64,000 nt of DNA, taken from NCBI RefSeq assembly GCF_021869535.1, contig NW_026262723.1, positions 68,386,001 to 68,450,000 on the forward strand, read 5' to 3'. This DNA comes from Mytilus californianus. Its lineage: Eukaryota. The notes beneath the pieces were generated by a model that was given only the letters and a program-made list of their open reading frames with translations, was not told the DNA's origin and did not search any database. The number at the start of each line of letters is the position of its first letter. The stretch's first letter is position 1. Positions 38,933 to 52,633 of this stretch are shown here, in pieces. The position numbers and the translations under genes are program-made.

Positions 38933-41104
38933 AATGTAACAAATATGTTGTCAAATAAAAATTCCAGCATTTTGGAGATATCAGTTTCAGTTCAATTTTC
39001 TACTTCAGTGACCTACAATTTATACACGGTCAGTACATTGTATATTGGACCTAGTTCGTATATATACCATATTATGTCTCTGGGGACAGTGTAATCATTA
39101 AATTCTACCGACTATCTGATACTTTCAATAGTGAATTACTATTACTTAAAAAAAACTTTGAACATTTAACGGGCGCCGTTTTATATTGGGCAATTGAACG
39201 GACGATAACTCTTGTTAACACCGTGTATTATAAATGGTCAACGCATTACGTCGCGTAACCATATTGAGTTCTCTGAAATCTGTAGAAGGTTTCCTGTGGC
39301 GTTTGTATTTATGCACCCAGAGGAATAAAATAAACCATTTTCCTGTTTGAAAAAGAATTGTATAGGAAAAGAATTATTGTATAAATAAAAAAACGGTGCT
39401 TGTACGTGAAGACCAAATTGATCACTGAGAAATGAAAAAAACTGACATATCTTATTAATTGTTACTGATGTTTGAGATTATATTTATACAAACACACCAC
39501 CTGTAAGATATTCTTAAAAATGCTATTGTCGTAAAAGGTCTAAATAATCATTATTTCTGTTTATAGATCGAATAATTTTAGTGATCCAGAGACAACCAGC
39601 ACGCTGACCATCAGACATTTTCCTGCATTGGTCATTAATTTTCGTGTGAAACTGTAGTGCCATGTCAATTTCATCATATCAAATATGATTATATATAAAT
39701 TTTTAGTTTTCGATTCAGAAGTACATTCAATTATCGAAATAGAAAATAGAATATGTTTATATTTAATTTCCTATATATCACTGGTTTCTTATTCTTTCAA
39801 AGCACAGACATAAAGTTAAAAAGCACAACTAAATTCCGCCTACAAAGTTGGTAGAAATTAGCCACGTTGCAGTCAAGCCTTTTAATTCCTGTATTATTCT
39901 AACAAAAATAAAGTGTTTGTCAAGAACAATTAGCTAATTACGGTTAAAAAGTGATTTTGTGATCTGACACATTAGGATTTCTCGTCAACATTTTCTATTG
40001 ATAATGACGATTTTTTCAGTTGGCAGACGATTTTTTCAGTTTGAATGAAGCTATTTGTCAAATCAGATAATATCTTAAAATAATGCAATAGTCATGTTTA
40101 ATTTTGATTTGTTTTTGATGTGCAAGACTTTATTCTGGGAGAGAAATATAAAAGAAAATTATATTAATCGAAGATTTTATTTTCCGATTGCTAAATTTGA
40201 AATGCATTAACACTTTATGTTTTCTGCCAATTTGTATATCGGGGTTTTAACTCACTTTAATCTTATTCTTGTGTCTGTGTTTACAGTCGACGTCTTGTCA
40301 AGAAATCTTTGACAATTTCATTCATCTTTTGCAAAAAAAAATGTACTTTTGTGTAAGTACCATTGTAATTTTTTGGAAGTTTTTTTTTACTTTACATAGG
40401 TTTTGATTTCAGATTTATGGAGGAGTGTAAAAACGTGTTTTGCACAGATTTATTTGTGCTATTCTTAAATAGATCGAAGTAACAGTGCTGAGTTAAACAA
40501 ATAAATCTGTGCAAAACTCGTTTCGTCAAATGTACGTTATTATTCCAATGTTTTAAATGTTTAAAATAATCTGAAAACATAGCTTTTTTGCTAATAATCG
40601 TCTTTTAAATAAAGCTACTAAAAGAGTTTTCACACATCAAGATCAACACAAATCGTCCAGTCCAAAATAAGTTGTATTATCAGATTATCAGCTTATCCAT
40701 ATCTGCATAAAATATCTTTGAAGGTACACACGTGATGCTACGGCGATTATCAACAACTCATAGCTCATTGTTCGTGATTGTTTAAAAAGCTGTCAGGTGA
40801 TGAATGAAAATAACAGTTTATAAAGTTCGTGCGTCCACAGCGCTTTTCTAGATTTATCTTCATCAGGAACGCTCAAGCCCAAATATTTTAAAGCAAAGGA
40901 TGTATAAATATGTAGAAATGTTTGGAGCCTGTAAATGTTCGCTTTCTCATAAATTCGTATTTGGTAGATACTTTTCTCATAGGCAATCTTATCACATGTT
41001 TGCTTTTTCCCTTGTAAAATCAAATAAGTATAACGACTGAAATTCGTTCAACAGGTCAAATTGTACAATCAACGGAATATTTAATCAACGGTTTTTAATA
41101 TTTA

Positions 41105-42117
41105 AGTAGTAAGTATACCCCCAATGATGCTGTTTCAGGTGACATGGGTTGGAAGCCTCCATATGTTAAACAATGGTCTAACATTTTAAGACACTGGGCA
41201 AGATGTACAAAAATGGATAAAGACAGGATAACTGATTATAAAGTATTTATATGGTCAATTAGAAAAAGCAGTTATAAAATTAAAAATTGGAGTTATAAAG
41301 TTATAGATATGTTGAAATTTTACAATATGGACAGATTTTGTAATGTAGATGATTATATACTGGATAAAAATATAATTTATCAGTTAGAAGTTAATATTTT
41401 TGATAATTATAAAACTGAATGGAGTACAAGGCTTGATTCTTATGGTCAAGGAAATAAGTTGAGAACTTATAAATTGTTTAAATTTTCATACTCTACTGAA
41501 CAATATTTGTTGCAAAATATACCTATTCGATATCGCAGTGCATATGCGAAATTTAGATGTGGAGTAGCACCTTTAAAAATTGAAACTGGTCGTTACAAAA
41601 GATTCGATTTAGATAAAAGATTATGTTTCAATTGTGATGATATAGAAGATGAAAAACATGTACTGTTAACTTGTCCATTATATGAAGATTTAAGGCAGTC
41701 TTTATTTATTGATATAATTCAACATAATAATATGTTTTTAACTTTGTCAGATGATGAAAAATTTATATTTTTGTTCAAAAATGAAAATGTTTGTAGTTCT
41801 GTTGCCAAAACCTGCCATAATATTTTATTGCGACGAAATAGTATCTTATACTGTTAAAAAATCATTGTTATTTTTTTATGTACATGTAACAGGTTTTATC
41901 CTTGAATGTGCATGGTGATATTGCACTTTTATGTTTTGTGTAAATAACAAAATTATGTTTTAATTCTGTTGTTTTATAATTGTATATAACAGTCTCTCAT
42001 AGTTCTTTTAAGAATGGCACATGCATTCTAAATTTTTATATTGTGTACTTGATATTATAATGTGTTTATACTTGTATGTATGTGATGAGACTTTAATAAA
42101 CTATTGAATCTTGAATC
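41105..42117 (+). mobile_element. 5'-truncated non-LTR retrotransposon: open ORF2 C-terminus (41144-41857), 3' UTR and (TTGAATC)2 tail
   Basis: GDMGW, KLRTYKLFK, AKFRCGVAPLKIETGRY, CxxC..EDEKHVLLTCPLY zinc knuckle; AATAAA then ttgaatcttgaatc. Clade (RTE-X or L2/Crack-like) cannot be resolved by eye. Confidence 0.92.
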
Positions 42118-42639
42118 TACATTAAGTACATCTTAGAACATAGCAAACTATATAAATGATGTTTGTTTTGCAAGGTTTCAGCCTCGAAGACAACAACAAA
42201 ATACCAGAATTTTAGCTGTATAAAAAACGCATAGAAACTGTACTACGCTAATTGATTGCTAGACCAGACTTTCTAACCTCAGATTTTTATAATGATATAA
42301 AGAATGTCCTTATTCTTCAATAGATTGATCAATGGTAATGCATGTTCGATTTAAGAATTAGGAAATAAAAAGATAAAACGATTTGAACATGGTAAAAGTT
42401 TAAAGAAAATAAGAAAATGGTTGATCACATAGCTGTTAAATATTTTTTTTTATTTTGTTGATACAATGAGCATTCTACGAAAAATCTGTAATTAATAAAC
42501 AATTACTACATGAGTTCTAACGGGCAGAAAACGAATAATTTGAGCGGAGACGTAAAGGGTCAAACTCTTTTGTAAAATCTATCAGATTGGTGTTGAGTTG
42601 CATTTAAAGTTATGTATAGCGTTAACTATGGGAAACTAA

Positions 42640-43640
42640 TTTGAGGATACCAAGGAGGCAATCACAAACCGATAGTCGAAGGAAAAGAGACAACACTGTG
42701 AAAAGTAAACAAATCTAACAAACAAACAACAGGCCACATAACAATACACGGAAAACAATAGACTGCAACATGTATCCACCAAAAACCGGGTTGAACTCTG
42801 GTGCTTCGGTAGAGTAAACAGTTTGTTTTTCACTAGAGGCAATCATCATGTCGCTCAGGGTAAGTTACAGTTTTAGGTACATGTAAAAATCCGTTGATAT
42901 GTCGCATTCGTTGATGTCTTATATATGAAACGGATGCAGGATTGTGTTTTTCCAATACAAATAGAACATATCCGTGGTCAACTGTAACACAGATATTCCA
43001 AAACTGTCAACTAAGTCATTGGCTTGTGAAAAGATGACTTCAACTTTACGATTCAAATTCCTTGGTTAAAAGCTTCATGCTAAGCAGCAAAATACTATCC
43101 AAAAAACCGGCATAGGGAAACGCAAGCATGGAATATCGTATTTCCTGTGAGCTTTCAAATTATACTCCATATACATGTACTGCTGGAATGTTGGTACACA
43201 AAAGAAGAAATTGAAATTAATTTTGATTATTAAGTTTTGTTCTCAAATGATCCTTACTGTCAATTTTTAAATGTAGTTCAATAGGGTCATGGTATGATGT
43301 AGACCTAAATGTATCTGAGGTGTCCTATATTTCAAATTCAAAAGGATAGGTAAGATTAACATTAGCCATAAAGCGTTGAATAATTTAGTGAGAGAAATTT
43401 TGTAAATAGCTGAATAAAGATAATAGCTTCTTTTCTTCCTTGTGTTGTTTTTTAAGCAACTGCATGAAGACTGCCTCATACAAATGAAGGAACAAGTCGT
43501 TGAAAATAGAAGGGCTGTTGGTTCCCATAGGAGTATCCAAGTAAAAGAATGAAATGTGCCTTCATGCAGCATTTTTTGTTTTTGTTGAATCGGCAAACTT
43601 ATAAACGATAAGGGGTATATCAAAGTTTTTATAACAAAAG
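42640..43640 (-). mobile_element. Second, more decayed Penelope-like RT 3' remnant with 3' UTR
   Basis: PMGTNSPSIFNDLFLHLYEAVFMQ and TYPFEFEI*DTSDT..SY in one frame; homologous to 38455-38932. Confidence 0.8.
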
Positions 43641-44680
43641 GTAAGCTGTGTTAATTAAACTTTCGTCAGAGGTTCAAATATTAACAAAGCAAAATATTTG
43701 AATAAGAATGAAACCAAAATGAGCATAAAACTGTAACAATATTCAGTTTTACCTAAATACTGCATGTGTTAAATTATTTATTTGTTTGTTCACATTTATT
43801 TTCGTTCAATTTCAAATTATATAAAAATTGTACTTTTTAAGCTGTAGATAAAAAAAAGTATAAAAGTTTATTCATGCAAAATTTATCATAAAAACGAAAT
43901 ACAAGAGACAATGTTCCAAGTATCAGAAAACTTTCTTCTCTCTCTTTTTTTTTTTTTTTTGCAGTAAAATAATTTTCAAAAATATGTAGTGTATGAACAA
44001 ATATGCACCTCAAGCCTTCTCATGATATGACCTCGATAATCGCTATCGAATTAATTGATCACCCACTATTCAATCACGGTTATAAGCTACCTAAACTGCT
44101 TTCCGAACTACATTGTATAATATTATAAATAAATGGATGATAATCAGGTCCATGCGTTACAAATGTTCATATACCCTTTTCCTAACGTCCGTCTACAGAT
44201 TTAGACCAATAAAAGTTATAATTATGCAATACAATTAGTGATGTATGTAAATCAGAACATACATTGCCTTCTGAAGCACCTGATAGTACTTCAGTAGTTA
44301 TTGGTGTATTAAGGTATTGCTGAAAGATTTGGTATTATGTGTTCGATTTTTGTCTCTGTTTTCTTGCGACTTTCCTTGTTTGCCCCTTCATTTGTCTCGC
44401 TGCTACTTTTCTGATTGCGTAGAGTGCTTTTGTGTCATTTTCTAGATTCTGGTCTTTCATTTTTTCCATTAATTTCTTATTATGCATTTCATTTAAAAAT
44501 CTAGGAATATCTTTTTCCGCCCTTATTTGTTTTTTAAATGCTGGTATCTTTAAAACAAGCCACGGACCTATACTAATTTGGATGCAGTATTCATTATCTT
44601 TCGGAAAAGATTTCATTTATAGAAGTGTTGTTTTTTTTTTTTTAATTTCAGGTGCGAAAGTCTTTCCTCAATTAATAATT

Positions 44681-45905
44681 AAAACAGGAACATTACGAGA
44701 CCTCCAGATGAAACGGGAACACTGCTAGAGACATCAAAGATAAACATTACTAAAGCCCTTTAAGATAAAATGAGAACATTACTAAAACCTTCAGGAGAAA
44801 CCAGGAATATTACTAGAACATTCAAGAGAAAACGGAGAAATTACTAGAACATTCAAAATAATACGGGAATACAAGATAAAGAGACCTTAAAATTAAAACG
44901 GACAATTTATGGAGACATCCAAGACAAAACGAAAACATTACTACAATCCTTCAAATTAAAACAGAAACTTTACTGGAGACATCCAAGAGAAAACGAGAAC
45001 ATTACTGTAGACCTTCAAATTAAAACGGGAACAATACTGGAGACATCCAAGAGAAAACGAGAACATTACTATATACCTTCAAATTAAAACGGGAACAATA
45101 CTGGAGACATCCAAGAGAAAACGAGAACATTACTGTAGACCTTCAAATTAAAACGGGAACAATACTGGAGACATCCAAGAGAAAACGAGAACATTACTGT
45201 AGACCTTCAAATTAAAACGGGAACAATACTGGAGACATCCAAGAGAAAACGAGAACATTACTATATACCTTCAAATTAAAACGGGAACAATACTGGAGAC
45301 ATCCAAGAGAAAACGAGAACATTACTGTAGACCTTCAAATTAAAACGGGAACAATACTGGAGACATCCAAGAGAAAACGAGAACATTACTGTAGACCTTC
45401 AAATTAAAACGGGAACAATACTGGAGACATCCAAGAGAAAACGAGAACATTACTGTAGACCTTCAAATTAAAACGGGAACAATACTGGAGACATCCAAGA
45501 GAAAACGAGAACATTACTGTAGACCTTCAAATTAAAACGGGAACAATACTGGAGACATCCAAGAGAAAACGAGAACATTACTGTAGACCTTCAAATTAAA
45601 ACGGGAACAATACTGGAGACATCCAAGAGAAAACGAGAACATTACTATATACCTTCAAATTAAAACGGGAACAATACTGGAGACATCCAAACGAAATAGA
45701 GAATATTACTGTAGACCTTCAAATTAAAACGGGCAATTTATGGAGACATCCAAGACAAAACGAAAACATTACTACAATCCTTCAAATTAAAACGGGAACA
45801 ATACTGGAGACATCCAAGAAAAAGCCAGAACATTACTGTAGATCTTCAAATTCAAACAGAAACATAACTGGAGACATCCAAGAGAAAGCGAGAACATTAC
45901 TATAT
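44681..45905 (+). repeat. Satellite: 64-bp dimer of two related 32-bp monomers, ~15 dimers, with degenerate monomers on the left flank
   Basis: A = aaaacgggaacaatactggagacatccaagag, B = aaaacgagaacattactgtagaccttcaaatt; homogeneous core about 44958-45900. Confidence 0.97.
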
Positions 45906-47002
45906 GTATAGAAACACTTATTTCGCCCAGTTAGAAAGAACATACAAGAAAGTAGTACACATTTAAAACAAAATAGTTTCTACGCATAGCTGTAACTTTG
46001 TCAATAAGTAAAATATTTGGGTAATTCTGGTATCAAATGAAATATACTTTGTAATCAAAAGGAAGATTCATTGACTTACAGTCCTTGAATTAGAACATAA
46101 TTAACTTAGAAACTAGGTCATTCAAATTTTAACCCCAAAAAAATCAGTAAAAAATAAACTATTTCAGAAAATAAAGGGGAGTTGGTAAATATTCCACCAT
46201 TCAAAAAAAAAAAAGAAAACCGGCTTAAAATAATTGTTCTATAAATGGAATTGGTCTATATCGCTTTGTAATATTATATTGCTATCTTCACGGTTAAGAA
46301 ATGACGTTTCGTTACTAGCACGTAGTCTTCCACACGCTGTAAGTGGTGCCTTTATAATATTTATTTTTCAAGTTATATTATTGTTTAATATAAAGATACT
46401 TTACTAGTTTTAGCTACTGGGCCACGCAAATTATTGTTTGTCTATTCTGACTTTTTATAAGTTTTTCAAATGCAGGTAAAACGACTTAAAATATATTACA
46501 TATGTTAAGTGCTAAAAACAGTTTTCGTGTTATTTGGGGTTTATTTTAAATGCACTTTTGATGACATTTAGTATACTAGTATACTACAACTAAATTTCAT
46601 CACAGTTATTTGTAACAACTCGTTTTGACATATTGGGAATTGACGAATGAACGTCATTTTATGAACGTAAGGACTTGAGATCACTGTAGAACCCTTGTTA
46701 AAAGGTTCTTTTGAATAAAAAAAATACATGAAATTAAGGTAGGATGGCATATTTGCCCTGTTGCTCGGATCAGAAGTACCTTTTTGTACTACCCAACATC
46801 CGGGAACCAGTGCCCTCTAATATGCAATTAAAGGTATATTGATTTATTCAGCACCAGTCAGGATGAGGTATAGTTTTGACATGAAATGACTATCACTTTA
46901 TTCAAACTTAATACAAAATAGCTACGAATGTCCGAAGCTGAAGAATTTAACATAGAAAGCAAGGGAGCTATGAATTAGTGGTGTTATTCCTATAGACATT
47001 CA

Positions 47003-47250
47003 AATTTAAACGGGAACATTACTAGGAGCCTGTAAGATCAAACGGCACACATTACTATATTTGTAGAAGCCTCCAAGATAAAAAGGAACATACTAGTAAT
47101 AAGGAGCATCTATGACAATACAAAACAGTACTAAAACATTCAAGACAACAAGGGAATAGTACTTGCAGACATCAAAATTATACGTAAATTTCTCGAGTAC
47201 TTCATTATAAAACGGATATACTAGTAATACCAGTAGCATCCAAGATAAAA
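47003..47250 (+). repeat. Degenerate outlier of the 32-bp monomer array
   Basis: ttcaaatttaaacgggaacattact.. and catccaagataaaa motifs, 1.1 kb from the main array. Confidence 0.6.
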
Positions 47251-49903
47251 TCAAAAAATAGGATCGTTTCCATTCTATAGATTTATGATATTGTTGTGAA
47301 TGCGTATTCCTAAAAGAATAGCGGTTTACACACATTAATGTTATACCAAGCCTTTATCGCGAAATGTGATGGAACTAAAATAAAAGTTGGTTTAATCCTG
47401 GCATAAATGATTCTGACTGTTCGTCGAGAGCCTTTATCATTTCATCAAACTTATTTTTTTCTGGCATACACCGTCGGTACTCGATGAAGCTTATTTTTGT
47501 TTGTTTACACAAATCTTTAATCTAATGCAGATTGATTACGATTCAAAGTAATTTATAAAGTATATACTTCTAACTTATAATAATAGTGCAATTCAATTAG
47601 CATTATTAATTCATTACTTCCAGTGTACGGTGCTAACATCGAAACGATTAATATGTGTACGTGAACCGATTAAACGGTTGATTGGTGTCCTCTAACTGTT
47701 GTTGTCGTTTGCTTAACGTTCAGTGGCAAATATCTCATATTCGTGCCGATAATATCCTTTGAGAACCAATAAAAAGATTGGTTGTTGTTCCTTGCACCAT
47801 AAATAATTCACTTTTAACATCGTTATGCACTTTCTGAACATTGTCTTTCGAATTAGAATATTCGTAACATAATATTATAGGTTTATAGTGTGTTTAGAAA
47901 AAGTCCAGGCACGCCTGATACCAAAAGTTTGCAAAGCCATTAAAAAATTGATAGCATAAAAAAAACCAAAGAGTTTCATTGAAGAGCAGTTAAACTGCCC
48001 AAAGTCAATATTCAACTTTAATTCACGCAGTCCTAAGTGGACAAATATCTTCACAACAAGACGGGTCTCAATAAACCCATATGTCCAGTGTACATAATTT
48101 CGAACTATGAAATGAAAATTTCAGTGACAAATAAATTTTATACGTTCTCGAGTTTCCTATTTCTTTATTTCCTACATTTTTTTCTATTTTATTTTCTATA
48201 TTTCCGTTTCCAGCATTTCTTAATGAAGCCAATGGTTTTATTTTAATTCAATTCGTATGTCCTATTCTTGATTAACTAGGACGTTTACGGTTTGTTTCCT
48301 TGATAAACATAATTATACTGTAGAAACTTACCCTAGGGAACTTACTTTAAATAGATCTAAAAAAAAAACAGAAATAATTGACCTTGTTTGATTTTGATAT
48401 TTCAGTAACACAAGGGAAATTCTTTTAAACAATTACGACAAGTAAAGAGACGATTTTTTTTTTAATTTCCTATTGTTAATTTTCTGGACGGTGATGTTCA
48501 TTTGGTCCCATTTTACGGTATTTCCCAACTCGTTCGCTATGCCGATGTCAGCAGTGGCGTTAATTTTAGATTTCAACGAACGCAGTCTATGTATTCCTGG
48601 AAAATTATAAAGTCGGGAATTTTGTCACAATAATTTACTTTAACTAAATTCTTTCAAAAATACAATGTTTGGTTTGTAAGTGTGGTTGGCCTGTATAGAA
48701 TTTTTATTATTTATTGAAAACGGAGTATCACATCCTAATTTTAACGATGATGTTGTTTAAATAGCCGTTAAATTTATACTCGATCCATGTAAATTCAATG
48801 ATCCTTAAATTCTTTAAGTATTCTTTTTCTTAAATGTTATCAATTTAGTACCGCAGAAAGGTCTTTGAATTATGTTTTTATCGATATTAACATTGATTTT
48901 GTTTTTGATAAATTAAAACATAACTAATATATTGTTGTTGTGCTATTTACCAAACTGTTGAGTTAAGCCATTTCCAACTGACTTTTACAGATTGTTTATT
49001 TGTTGTGCTGTTGCACTATTGCTGTTACCGCCACAATGTGCCTGTTTCAAGTCGGGATTCTGTAATTCAGTTGTTGTCGAGGGTTGTTTTTTTTTTTGTT
49101 AATTGTTTTGTCATAAATCAAGCTGTTCGTTTTCTCGTTTGAATTGTTTCATATTTTTATTAAGTCGGAGCCCTTAATAACTTACATTACTGTATGGTTT
49201 TGCTCATTGTTGAAGGTCGTATGGTGGCTTATAGTTCCTTACATCCACGTCAATTTAGAGTCTGGCAGATAGCTGTCTTATTGCCAATAATACTGCTTCT
49301 CTTTATTTTGATATAACTTTCAAATGAATCGAAAGTTTATAATTATCACGCGAAAATATTGAAAAAAATCAATATTGAAATGCGATACATATAGATGACA
49401 ACTTCGATACAAAATTGACATGTTAAAGTGTATTTTGTTACCTTGGACAAACTTAACCCAAAAAATGTTAGATATGAAGTTCAACTTAAAAATGCAAGAT
49501 TTGTTGTTTTTGGATTTGAATATATACCTCATTTTTTCGTTTTATTTTTTATTTTACTTTGTATTTTTTTGGGGGGAGTGGGAGAAGGGGGGTAAAATTT
49601 GGCTGACATCTATTAAAATTACAGTTTTGAGTCATCAATAAGTAGTTGGTTACATGTTCATGTGGTTAGAAAATAAAAGCTGTACTCTAATATTCAGAAA
49701 TGTTTGAATAATTATTTTTTCTCTGATGTGAAATTAATTCATAGGAAATTGGCTTTACTTCTTTAATTGGTGTTTTATGGTCTTTGACATTTTATGGATA
49801 TCTCAAAAGATTTAATAGAACTGCAAATATGATTAAAAGAAACAGCGAAATGGAAAATGAGAGAAGGGATGTTAGGTGCGATAGCGTATCTCTACTTGTC
49901 CTC

Positions 49904-52019
49904 CAGGGTTGGCAAAAAAACGAATTTTATGAGTATTGACCAACCCAGTTGGAAATACTGGGTAAACCCGGTTTTTGCTGGTTAATACTGCCGGGCATGA
50001 CTGGGTAATATGAAGTACTGGTTTATATCTTTAAGAGGATTCTGTGATCAATTACAAATGCAATACATAAAAGATACATATAAAGTGCCTAAAAAATCAA
50101 CCTAGCAATATTAGAGTAGATTAATTTCCTCCCTGACCGGGGATGGAACCTGTGCTTTTCCCTCTAACTTCTAGAGCAACACAACATAGCATTGCGCAGA
50201 CGCCTTATTCTCTCCTCTAACTATAAATGATAAAAATCAGCTTTCGTTTCGGGAAGTGTTACCTTCTCGTAGGTATTGAACAAGGACGACTAATCACAAT
50301 ACACGGAGTATTTTTAAGTGTACAGGAATTATCATCTACTCATCTAAGTGGTATAATTACAGGATGCTATTTTAGCATACAATCGATATGAATTATATAT
50401 TTAGATATGTCTGCCTATGTGTAGTAACAACTGCAAATTATACCTTGTCCATTGGATATCCTATGATTATATTTTTATATAACTTCCAAAAGAATGAAAA
50501 TGCATTATTATCACGCAAAAAAAAAATTATAATCATATAAATACATATCAAAATGCGATAATGTTCTGATGAGAATTTCGATACATTACTAAAAATTAAC
50601 ATGTTAGGTTAATAGATATTTTTCCTAAAACGTACAATAGATATAGGAAGATGTGGTATGAGTGCCAATGAGACAACTCTCCATCCAAGTAACAATTTAT
50701 AAAAGTAAACCATTATAGGTCAAGGTACGGCCTTCAACACGAAGCATTGGCTCACACCGAACAGCAAGCTATAAAGGGCCCCAAAAAATTACTAGTGTAA
50801 AACCATTCAAACGGAAAAACCAATGGTCTAATCTATATAAAAACGAGAAACGAGAAACACGTATGAACTACATAAACAGACGACAACTACTGTAATCAGA
50901 TATCTGACTTAGGACAGGTGCAAACATTTGCAGCGGGATTAAACGTTTTAATGGTACCAAACCTTCTCCCTTTTCTGAAACAATAGTATAACATCACAAC
51001 ATAGAAAAACACACTATAAAATATCAGTTGGAAGGCTTAACTCAATCAAAAAGCGTAAATTAACACACAATGAACGAATAAATTTGACCTGAGACACCTG
51101 AATGCAAATACACAGTTAATAAAAAATTACAAGGGATAAATAATTAAAGTCAAAAGTAAATAAACAGGTTTAAACAAAGTTAAAGTATGATATCACTGTG
51201 AAATGTCAAACAATTTTTAGAAAATCATAACTTTTGAAGAAACCTGCGTCATATTATACACAGGTAAATGAAAATAATTTTGTTGTTAAGTATACTTCTT
51301 CTTCTGTGTGTATAAATCTATTAATTTTCTATTTTGTCCTAATTGATCAAACTTTTAACTTGGAGCCAAAGTATTCTATTTTGTTCATTTTATTTATAAC
51401 TAAAATTTAGAGTAAACAATGTAAGGGAAATGACTAATCAACAGTTTGTATTGTAGTGTTGAAACAATTTTAGCATATTTACATAGACATCACTAATTAA
51501 TAAGTAATAATTATTCAGATTATAACACGGACTTGTTTATATTGCAATAATTAGCCTTTTCATCTCTTTAAGTGTGGGTGAAATGTCCCCTCGGGGTGTA
51601 TATTTAGCAAAAAGATTGAATAGCAATAAAATATTCCAATTCATTGTACACTAAAATGATATTTTTCCCTTCTTTAGATTGATTCAAACTGAGATTTAAG
51701 ATAACTATAACTGTAGTCTCAGATTCAAACAAAGCTGCGATATAAACAAGGTATCCAAAAAATTTACAAAACATAACGGTATTCTGCCTATAAGAATTAT
51801 TGAAGAAAAAGGAAAATTACTGTCAATGTTATCTGTTTAAAATGTATATATATTTGGCTATAATAATATTAAACTATGTAACAGTATTTTTTTATCATTT
51901 TGTGTAAAATATAAGCTTAAAAATGATAAATCCCAGTATTAACCATTCTATCAGAGAGTATTGCGCAGCCTGGGAAACTCCTGGAAAACCCGAGCCCGGG
52001 AAATACTTTGCCAACCCTG
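49904..52019. mobile_element. 2116-bp non-autonomous hAT-type DNA transposon with nested repeats
   Basis: 13-bp TIR cagggttggcaaa / tttgccaaccctg; perfect 8-bp TSD ttgtcctc at 49896-49903 and 52020-52027; no transposase ORF. Confidence 0.92.
50637..51225. mobile_element. Family A subfamily copy nested in the hAT element
   Basis: Inverted near-identical partner of 15975-16553. Confidence 0.85.
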
Positions 52020-52633
52020 TTGTCCTCCTTTCATTTAATGTTAAACATTTCGATGAATTCAGTCAGGCAGGTACATGTACATACAAGGCCTATACAATAT
52101 TTTAATTGGAATACACTTACAAACGGACAGTAGAAATGATAAAGAATTGTAAATCAAATGTAGTTCTTATTTTTCTTTCTGTTTGGAAAATATATGTTAC
52201 TGTCATTTCGTACATGTACGAATTTTATTCCTAGAAACCTTATTTACGTTATTTACTTTATAATGAAGGACATTACATTTTTATATTTTATGGTGACGTT
52301 GCAGGACTTTTTCGTAACCAAATCTTATGGAAAGCAACTCCAGACACGATATTGGGAATGATGTCGTTTTTTGAAAGGTCTCAGTTGTTGCAGTTCCTGA
52401 AAATTTAAGATTTCAATTAAGAATCTGCCAAATCTCGTTATGGCAGAAATATTCCGTTCCGTTGATTATAGTGCTAGTGTTTCAACCCTTTTTTTCCTAG
52501 ATTTTTTTCGCAAACACATTTTAGAATGCGTAAACCTTTTTTTCTTCGTTTTTTTTAAGGAAATTTGTATGTACCTCAACAGGTATTTTGTTTTATTTTC
52601 AGTGTTTGTTTATTTTTTAATTTTTGTACTTAA

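Larger units (their letters stand above)
44335..48596 (-). pseudogene. Coding-like fragments (decayed gene or weakly spliced gene) split by the satellite
   Basis: Open stretches at 48596-48433, 47521-47260 (2 stops), 46816-46780 and 44616-44335; no recognisable family. Confidence 0.3.

Noticed and set aside
44681-45905. Regular repeat array as CRISPR or as a coding repeat
   Set aside because: No unique spacers and no cas genes, in a eukaryotic context. The 64-bp period is not a multiple of 3 and stops recur.
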